64,000 nt of DNA, taken from assembly GCA_030428205.1 (NCBI GenBank), contig JAUIBK010000021.1, positions 2,523-66,522 on the forward strand, in the 5' to 3' direction. The DNA is from a bacterium. GTDB taxonomy: Bacteria > Bdellovibrionota_C > UBA2361 > RFPC01. Under the pieces are notes generated by a model, which saw nothing but the letters and a program-made list of their open reading frames with translations, did no database searches and was not told the DNA's origin. Of the stretch, positions 56,856 to 64,000 are shown piece by piece (the first letter of the stretch is position 1; every line of letters starts with the position of its first letter). A program made the position numbers and the translations under genes.

Positions 56856-57899
56856 CTAAGAAAGCGCTAATAGTCCACTACAAGATACGGTTCCATCGCC
56901 ACTCTCAATAACGCCGATCGGATAAACCGTGTGTGAGTGAGCGTTGTAGGCCTCTTGGATCTGAGAAACACTCTCTTTGGCAGCTACAATGATCATTCCT
57001 ACACCCATATTAAAGGTACGGAGCATATCATCATGAGGCACACTGCCCTCTTTGGCGATGGCTTGAAAGATCGGCAAGACCTCAACCTTTGAGAGATCGA
57101 TCTGCGCTGAAACCGAAGAAGGAAGAACGCGCTTAAGATTATCAATAATGCCCCCACCAGTGATGTGTGCAAGACCACAAATCCCTCCACCTTGAAGAGC
57201 TTCTTGCAGCGGCAAATTGTAGCAGAGGTGTGGGAGAAGGACCTGCTCAATAAAAGTGAGCTCTCCTACTTTTGTCTCAGCTAATGCTGGGTTGCGATCT
57301 AATAGACTGCGGACAAGAGTGTATCCATTTGTATGTACACCGTTTGAAGCAACGCCCAGAACAACATCACCCTCTTTGATCTGAGACCCATCAACAATCT
57401 TAGGCCTATCAACTACCCCAACGCATGCTGCGCTTAAGATATAAGAACCGTTCGGTATCACTCGTGGCTGCTCTGAAGTCTCACCACCAACGAGATCGCA
57501 CTTTTGTTTTCGGCATGCATCAGCCATGGCATCAACAAGCGCTACCACAACATCTTTTTCAAGCTCACCGCAAATGATCGTGTCTTGAATAGCAAGGGGC
57601 CGTGCCCCCATCATGATGGTGTCATTAATGAGATGATGAATGAGATCATAACCCACACTTGCAAGCTTACCGTGCTGGGCGGCTAGCAGCTGCTTTGAGC
57701 CAGGCTCTTCCATTTTGAGCACCATGACCGGGGCTTCCATCTCTGGAAAATGAAAATCATAGAGAGAAGCAAAGGCTCCAAGGCTATTAATAACCCTCGG
57801 GTTGCTCGTTTCGAGACTCTCTCTCATCTCTTGTTTTGTAGCATCCGCCTTATCAATGTTTATGCCTGATTGTGCATAACTCATCGCCTCATTGCTCAT
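56856..57899 (-). CDS. purM: Phosphoribosylformylglycinamidine cyclo-ligase (AIR synthetase), divergent
   Basis: SYAQSGINI, LVGGETSE, SNGVHTNGY, AHITGGG, RTFNMGVG; start placed at ATG 57899 after GAGGAG. Confidence 0.85.
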   Translation of the reverse strand: MSNEAMSYAQSGINIDKADATKQEMRESLETSNPRVINSLGAFASLYDFHFPEMEAPVMVLKMEEPGSKQLLAAQHGKLASVGYDLIHHLINDTIMMGARPLAIQDTIICGELEKDVVVALVDAMADACRKQKCDLVGGETSEQPRVIPNGSYILSAACVGVVDRPKIVDGSQIKEGDVVLGVASNGVHTNGYTLVRSLLDRNPALAETKVGELTFIEQVLLPHLCYNLPLQEALQGGGICGLAHITGGGIIDNLKRVLPSSVSAQIDLSKVEVLPIFQAIAKEGSVPHDDMLRTFNMGVGMIIVAAKESVSQIQEAYNAHSHTVYPIGVIESGDGTVSCSGLLALS

Positions 57900-58046
57900 G
57901 GCAATACTCCTCTGTCTTGATAAACGACCAAGAGCATCCTCTCTCAATCGCCCCGAAAAAGCAAGCATATCGACACGTTACAACAACCCTTGGTCAAATT
58001 GTAAATTATTTGATTAAGAGTAAAAACACTCTTATCCTTACTTCTT

Positions 58047-58934
58047 ATGGAACCGGGTTGCGTACCAGAAAATGATCCTCAAAAGGACGTCGAAACAGAA
58101 GATCCTCAAGTACCTCATTCAGAGCTTTCTTCTGTCCAAGCAGATCTACCGACAATACCGCGTAATGTTGAAACGCGAATTATTGCTGCCGAAATTCAAC
58201 AAAAAATCATAGCTCGTTTTCCCAATTGGCGCCCATCTGAGCATGCTAAGGGATTTGTAGAAAAGCTAAGGCAGCTCACTCTCACACTTCAACCCGAAGT
58301 GACACAAGCAGAGGAATCAACCGAAGCACCCCCTACAGGCACTATTGAAAATTACACCTGGGAATACCAAAAAGCCCTACTCACACTCGGTGCTTTTATG
58401 GATCGAAAACCTCTCTTCCCACTGGGGGCCACACCTCTTGAAGGCCTGAGTACTGATGATTTTCACGATTTTGCTGCTGGACAAAGTCAAGGTCATGAAT
58501 ACATCACCCAAGAAATTCTCTCTTCACATGCAATCCAACGTGGCGATCTTACTTACAACGATGACGGCATTTCAGCTCTCTGGGCAGCATTAAGCGGACT
58601 AGCCTTTTGTAAAGGAAATGCCACACTCATGGATCCGGTTCTTAAGCAATATGAACTACGAGCCGGTTTCACCAAAGATACTTTCCTCTCTCAAACCATG
58701 ATCCAAACAAGCTCTCCAAAGAGCCCGTCTTCTCCAAAAGTGATCTCATTGAGATCAGCTCAACAACAAGTAGCCGACGCCTTCTATCAACTCGCTTTTA
58801 ATACGACCGGATACCTCGCTCAAGACGATGGATGCCGGGCGGCTATCCTTGATTCCGATAAAAATCACTTCTTTTTTAAAACCCTCTTAGAAGACTTCTT
58901 AGAGCAAACCAAGCTTCCAAATACTGGCTCCTAA
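58047..58934 (+). CDS. Hypothetical protein
   Basis: 295-aa ORF with acidic/Pro-rich N-terminus; no family recognised. Confidence 0.65.
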   Translation: MEPGCVPENDPQKDVETEDPQVPHSELSSVQADLPTIPRNVETRIIAAEIQQKIIARFPNWRPSEHAKGFVEKLRQLTLTLQPEVTQAEESTEAPPTGTIENYTWEYQKALLTLGAFMDRKPLFPLGATPLEGLSTDDFHDFAAGQSQGHEYITQEILSSHAIQRGDLTYNDDGISALWAALSGLAFCKGNATLMDPVLKQYELRAGFTKDTFLSQTMIQTSSPKSPSSPKVISLRSAQQQVADAFYQLAFNTTGYLAQDDGCRAAILDSDKNHFFFKTLLEDFLEQTKLPNTGS

Positions 58935-58980
58935 CGCTTATTACGCGTTGCTGACAAGTAGCCCCTATGCTACTTCTTAG

Positions 58981-60153
58981 ATGATGAACAACGCAGCTTT
59001 CCAAGAGAAACTTACTTCCATCAGGCGTGATTTTCATGCTCACCCTGAGCTCAGCCGGAAAGAGAAACAAACTGCCAAACGCATTACTGAGCACCTCGAC
59101 GAGCTAGGCATCTCCTATACCACTGGCCTCGCTGGTAACGGCATTATTGCAGACATCCCTTGTAACAACCGAGAGGCTCCTTTTATTGCATTACGCGCTG
59201 ATATGGATGCCCTGCCGATTGAAGAAGAAACCGGTCTTCCCTTTTGCTCGCAAAAGAAAGGAGTTATGCATGCCTGCGGTCATGACGCCCATATGGCGAT
59301 CCTACTTGGCGCAGCAGAACTTCTCTTACAAGAAGAACGAAGCTATCCAATCCGCCTCCTCTTTCAGCCCGCCGAGGAAATTGGAGCTGGCGCGAAGGAA
59401 ATGATCGAAGCCGGGGCACTCAAAGATGTAGCTGTAATCTTTGGGGGGCATGTTGACCTCTTCTACCGTACTGGAACTATGGTTGCCACCTCTGGGCCTC
59501 TCGGTGCTTCAACAGACGAGTTTACTATTATTATCAAGGGACGTGGTGGCCATGGCGCTCGACCGCACGAAAGTGTCGATGCCGTTGTTGTAGGAAGCCT
59601 TATGGTCATGGCTATCCAAACGCTCGTATCGCGCGAGATTGATCCAGCAAGTCCTTCTGTTGTCTCCGTCGGTCGCTTTCATGCAGGCACCAAATCAAAT
59701 GTCATTGCTGGGCAGGCGCTTCTCTCTGGGACCGTGCGAGCACAAAAGCAAGAGGTCAGAACTCATCTGCGTGAAGGGATCTCTCGCATAGCAAAGTCTG
59801 TCGGTGAACTTCATAACGCTCAAATTGAGATTGATTTTCGTGAAGGCACTCCTCCACTCGTTAACCCAGAAGAGGTAGCTGAAGTCGCTCACGCAGCTGC
59901 CGCCAAGGTTGTTGGAGAGCATAACGTGGTAAAGCCTCGCGTAGTGAATATGGGAGGCGAAGATTTTAGCTTTTACATGAAAGAAATCCCAGGATGCTAC
60001 GTGCGCTACGGCGCTCAGTCTCCCGGAAAACGGAGCTATCCAGCCCATTCAAGTAAATTTGATTTCGACGAGAACGTACTCCCGATAGCTGCTCACTACC
60101 TATCGGCTGTTGCTCTAAAAGCAATGGACTGGCTTGAAACAAAAAAACACTGA
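58981..60153 (+). CDS. M20D amidohydrolase
   Basis: RRDFHAHPEL, LRADMDALPI, MHACGHDAH, FQPAEE, GGHGARPH, GGEDF. Confidence 0.92.
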   Translation: MMNNAAFQEKLTSIRRDFHAHPELSRKEKQTAKRITEHLDELGISYTTGLAGNGIIADIPCNNREAPFIALRADMDALPIEEETGLPFCSQKKGVMHACGHDAHMAILLGAAELLLQEERSYPIRLLFQPAEEIGAGAKEMIEAGALKDVAVIFGGHVDLFYRTGTMVATSGPLGASTDEFTIIIKGRGGHGARPHESVDAVVVGSLMVMAIQTLVSREIDPASPSVVSVGRFHAGTKSNVIAGQALLSGTVRAQKQEVRTHLREGISRIAKSVGELHNAQIEIDFREGTPPLVNPEEVAEVAHAAAAKVVGEHNVVKPRVVNMGGEDFSFYMKEIPGCYVRYGAQSPGKRSYPAHSSKFDFDENVLPIAAHYLSAVALKAMDWLETKKH

Positions 60154-60225
60154 CAAGTACTTCTACTATCAAATTCATAACTTGGCAGACTCCTTCTCCT
60201 TGTCAATGAACCAACCCTGGGATTA

Positions 60226-61590
60226 CTACTTTGGTAAACTTATCACCTTCACCTGCGCAAACTGCCTATGCCCGCGCGGTCCGCTGTGAAATCCAATTCC
60301 TGATTCTTTCGCACCAACCCAAGGACACCCCTTTGCACCGTAAACACCTTGATTCACCCCCACCATGCCAGCATCAATTTGCTTTGCGACCTCTGTTGCC
60401 CGCTGTACGTCACGCCCATACACCGCCGCACCGAGACCAAAAGGAGTGTCGTTTGCTAATTCAATTGCTTGATCAACCGAATCAAAAGGCATCACACATA
60501 ACACAGGGCCGAATGTTTCCTGCCGCATGATGTCCATATCATGGCTCACACCAGTGACAACAAGTGGCGCCAAGAACCGTTCAGAGTATGCATGAAGATC
60601 TCCTACTACCGTTGCACCTTGCTCCACAGCATTATTAATCTGAGCAACCACATGCTCGCGCTGCTTTTCATGAATAAGTGGACCAATAGTTACGCCTTCA
60701 TCAGCCCCATTTCCAACAACAAGTTTCTCTACATTTTTTTGAAGCTGGACAAGAAAGTCTTCATAAAGAGCACTATCAACATAAACTCGTTCTGTGCTCA
60801 CACATACCTGGCCTGCATTTCGAAATCCGTTAAATGTAGCGTATTCAGCGGCTTTTTCTAGGTCAGCATCCTCGAGCACAACAAGAGGATCTTTGCCTCC
60901 AAGCTCAAGGATAACGCGTTTAAGCCCTTTTGCAGCAGCTGCCATAATATGCTTTCCTGCCTCTCTCGACCCTGTAAACGAGATCAAGTCCACATGAGAA
61001 GAAACAAGAGCTTTTCCTTGCTCCTCGTCACCGTGCACAATGGTGACAACACCATCAGGTAAAAGATCTTGGAGGATATCTACATACGCTTGCGCAATGA
61101 GAGGAGTTTCCTCTGAAGGTTTCAAAATCACAGCGTTCCCTGCCATGAGCGCAGGAATTACCATCCAGTGTGGCATGTAAAGAGGAAAGTTCCATGGCGA
61201 GATCGCCACGCACACACCATACGGCTCACAGCTTACTTCTGAGCGCACATACTTATCTTCAATCATCTCTGTCGCGAGTGCGGCCTCAATCTCATCAAGA
61301 TACTCAGCAAACGGCTTGCTTGCTCGCTTTACTTCCCCAAGCGCATCCGAAAGCGGTTTTCCCATCTCAGCAGTCAACAATGCGGCAAGCTCTTCTTGCT
61401 GATCTCTTAGCCGCTCGCCAAATGGGAGCAACAACTCTTTCCTCTGTGCGTGACTGAGCGCGCCCCATTTCGAGCAAGCCGTACGTGCATGCGCCACAAC
61501 AGCCGGTATTTCTGAAACAGGGGTGACAGGCACATCACCGACGAACTCCCCAGTTGCGGGGTTGTAAGAAGAAAGGGTTGCATTACTCAT
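60226..61590 (-). CDS. Aldehyde dehydrogenase family protein
   Basis: PWNFP, KPSEETP, FTGS, LELGGKDP, NAGQVC, ETFGP. Confidence 0.95.
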   Translation of the reverse strand: MSNATLSSYNPATGEFVGDVPVTPVSEIPAVVAHARTACSKWGALSHAQRKELLLPFGERLRDQQEELAALLTAEMGKPLSDALGEVKRASKPFAEYLDEIEAALATEMIEDKYVRSEVSCEPYGVCVAISPWNFPLYMPHWMVIPALMAGNAVILKPSEETPLIAQAYVDILQDLLPDGVVTIVHGDEEQGKALVSSHVDLISFTGSREAGKHIMAAAAKGLKRVILELGGKDPLVVLEDADLEKAAEYATFNGFRNAGQVCVSTERVYVDSALYEDFLVQLQKNVEKLVVGNGADEGVTIGPLIHEKQREHVVAQINNAVEQGATVVGDLHAYSERFLAPLVVTGVSHDMDIMRQETFGPVLCVMPFDSVDQAIELANDTPFGLGAAVYGRDVQRATEVAKQIDAGMVGVNQGVYGAKGCPWVGAKESGIGFHSGPRGHRQFAQVKVISLPK

Positions 61591-61594
61591 GATT

Positions 61595-63109
61595 CTATCC
61601 GTTTGAAGACTCTAACAACGTCCGTTTGCGCATAAAGAGGAAGCCAAACACTACAATAGCAAAGAGACTTTGGAGCGCAATAGTCACCACCACGCCAGCG
61701 GTCAACTCACGCTGAATAGCAAGAGAGATGGCGATAACTGCTATCATAGAGCGTGCAGATAAAATAGGAGTGAACATTGACCACCGAGTAAGAATACCAC
61801 TGAGCAGACCAAGCAAAATTGCTAAAGCCAGAATTCCAACATACCCAAAATTTGCATATGACTCATTTAAGAGCCCCCAACCAATAGTCGTACGTATTGA
61901 TGACTCCCGAGTTTGCAATCCATAGTGGATGTTAAGAAGAACTGTCCCTTCGTGCGTTCGTGCTCTGTTGGGGTTAATAATTCGCGGAACCATAAGGGAT
62001 GGAATAATAGAGTACGTGGCTCCCATCATATAGGGGATCTCCCGGGGAGTGAGTGACTGAATTTTTAGGAGAAGGTGGATCACACACGCTCGATCGATCA
62101 ACGAAAAAAGCTCTTCTTTCTCGTCAGAAGCAATCGGCTCATATTCTTTGTCTTTCTCGCCAAAAATACTCGATAAACCATACCCAAGCCACTCCTTATA
62201 CCAAGAAGCATAAGTCAGTGGATACACAGCACCAAGATCTGCTTCTTGAAACGGCGAGGCGCCGGGATATTGCCAGTATCGCCCCCTCATCTCTCCTTTA
62301 CCCACGTGCAGAACCGAGAGAAGGACAAGAACAGCAACCAAAAGCTTCCAAGGGATGGCACGCTTTCCTACAACATACCCCATCACAGCGACAACAAAGG
62401 TTGTCACTGATTGAATAAGAATGAGGCCCGCAGCTGTCACCATAAGATAGACAGCAAACAAGAAGTAAAAAAGAACACGAATATTTCGAGGAAGCGAACC
62501 TCTTCCAAGCTTATACGAAAGCGCAAAAACCGCTATGATATTTAGCCCCAAGATTAAGGTTCGAATAAAAGGAATGATTGCAACTGGCACATAGTGGAAC
62601 CAACGAGCATTCATTGTCACATAATAGAGGCAGGCAAGTACAAGAACCCATAAAAAAAGACCATTTGATTTCTCTTCGGGCAGCTCATAGTACTCCTTTG
62701 GAGGCTTAGCATCTGAAGCCGTTAAAGGAAACCAAACGAGAGTGCCAACAACCAAAAAGAACGCTACTTTCAGAGCTGCTGAAAGATGCTCAGCAGGAGA
62801 GTAGAGATCTACCACAGAGTGGCCAAGGACGAGGGGGAAAGAAAAACTCCATAAAAAAGAGATCCCCAGCAGAGGAAAGATGGGTAAACCTTTCGCGCGA
62901 CCGGAAGACCAAAGATACGCCGGCATCAAAGCAGTCGCAGAGATGAGAATGGAGGCAAGCGCCCTCTGTAAATTCTCAGCAAGTGCAAAAGTGAGCACAA
63001 AAAGCACAAGGACTAACAACCAGTAGGAAGTAAGTAGCCAACGACGGTGGCGTGGGGAAACACTATAGGGTGAGTAAGAATATGGCTTGGCTGAGGCTGA
63101 GGTGCTCAT
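61595..63109 (-). CDS. Polytopic membrane protein, possibly Wzy-like polysaccharide polymerase
   Basis: About 11-12 hydrophobic segments, large loop with VPRIINP, ESYANFGYVG motif. Confidence 0.55.
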   Translation of the reverse strand: MSTSASAKPYSYSPYSVSPRHRRWLLTSYWLLVLVLFVLTFALAENLQRALASILISATALMPAYLWSSGRAKGLPIFPLLGISFLWSFSFPLVLGHSVVDLYSPAEHLSAALKVAFFLVVGTLVWFPLTASDAKPPKEYYELPEEKSNGLFLWVLVLACLYYVTMNARWFHYVPVAIIPFIRTLILGLNIIAVFALSYKLGRGSLPRNIRVLFYFLFAVYLMVTAAGLILIQSVTTFVVAVMGYVVGKRAIPWKLLVAVLVLLSVLHVGKGEMRGRYWQYPGASPFQEADLGAVYPLTYASWYKEWLGYGLSSIFGEKDKEYEPIASDEKEELFSLIDRACVIHLLLKIQSLTPREIPYMMGATYSIIPSLMVPRIINPNRARTHEGTVLLNIHYGLQTRESSIRTTIGWGLLNESYANFGYVGILALAILLGLLSGILTRWSMFTPILSARSMIAVIAISLAIQRELTAGVVVTIALQSLFAIVVFGFLFMRKRTLLESSNG

Positions 63110-63236
63110 AGCTGCTATTGTCCTGAAAAGATAAAGATTTCGCTAGGGATCAATTGCTTCCTTCACAGAAGAAAGAGCACCTCAATGCACAATGAACTCT
63201 TTACCTTCCCGTTCGAATCGGTCATTTTGACCATAA

Positions 63237-63908
63237 ATGGCAAATTTCTTTCTTGATATCGACCAGGCTTCCCCCGTCTTTACCCTCCTCTTTACATTCG
63301 TAAGAGATAGCGCCTGCGATCACATCGATCTCTTCACCTTTGAAGACGCTATCGCCGAAATCTTTCTCGGCATTCAAATCCCGAAAGACGCTGAAACGAA
63401 GCTACGCAAGATATTTGAGCAGGCCACACTTAATAGAACCGAGTTCTCGCAACTCGTTGAACGCGTCGCTCTAGACTTCGAACAGGAACGAGATACTCTT
63501 TTAAGCATTATGAAAATCCTCCTTCGACTCTCTCTCGAAGAAGGGTTAATCTCACAACGCGACAAAGAGCGAATGCAGGAAGTTGTCTGTGCTTTTCGCT
63601 TTTCCGTCTCGGAGCTGCGCAGTCTCTCAGCCGTCGAACATCAATTAATTGATTTTCTTCATACCGATACGCAGTATTTGAACGCCCCCTATCACTCTGA
63701 GGAATTACTCGTCCAATACAAGATCCTCGGATGCACTCCGGGATGTAGCGATCAAGAACTGAAGACCGCATACCGTAGCCTCGCCAAAAAACACCATCCC
63801 GACGTTCGCGTAGAACCCCTGACTCCCCAGTCAACCCGATTTCAAGAGATACACGATGCTTTCCACGCTATTCGTCAAGCTCGCTCCTTAGGCATGCACT
63901 CATCCTGA
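63237..63908 (+). CDS. TerB-like plus C-terminal J-domain co-chaperone (DjlA-like, no N-terminal TM evident)
   Basis: YKILG...ELKTAYRSLAKKHHPD...FQEIHDAF. Confidence 0.8.
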   Translation: MANFFLDIDQASPVFTLLFTFVRDSACDHIDLFTFEDAIAEIFLGIQIPKDAETKLRKIFEQATLNRTEFSQLVERVALDFEQERDTLLSIMKILLRLSLEEGLISQRDKERMQEVVCAFRFSVSELRSLSAVEHQLIDFLHTDTQYLNAPYHSEELLVQYKILGCTPGCSDQELKTAYRSLAKKHHPDVRVEPLTPQSTRFQEIHDAFHAIRQARSLGMHSS

Positions 63909-64000
63909 ACTGTTCGACTCGCTCTCTTTTCAACCTACCAAAACCCAAAAGAAGCTAAGGGAGGGGCAAGCCCCTACGAGTTGTTGCAGAATTTAAGGGT

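Noticed and set aside
63963..63978. Short hairpin AGGGGCAAGCCCCTAC resembling a GTAG-type REP
   Set aside because: Single short copy at the window edge; cannot be told apart from a terminator hairpin

Overview
Chromosomal window (about 47% GC) from a diderm, flagellated bacterium. Gene content and order (asd-truA, accD-lptD, sigma54 and sigma28 flagellar promoters) look delta-proteobacterial/Bdellovibrionota-like; this is inference only. It holds two surface-polysaccharide blocks (glycosyltransferases at 1-4.9 kb; rmd-gmd-manC-rfbD-rfbB next to lptD-accD at 32-41 kb), housekeeping genes (lnt, plsC-like, pgk, truA, asd, ihfB-like, purM, tRNA-Leu(CAA)), flagellar late genes (flagellin and two tandem fliD paralogs) and many orphan or secreted proteins. 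I see no CRISPR array, integrase, transposase or phage genes. Most notable: (1) a stand-alone VirD4/TraG-type coupling ATPase with an extra C-terminal domain and no T4SS or relaxase nearby; (2) two fliD caps apparently wired to different sigma factors (IHF plus sigma54 versus sigma28); (3) a 51-aa FlgM-like gene missed by the ORF track; (4) eukaryote-like orphan proteins (annexin repeat, PRMT-like methyltransferase); (5) several apparent pseudo-enzymes; (6) several families of intergenic palindromic repeats, one with compensatory changes. All calls come from reading motifs by eye; no searches were run.
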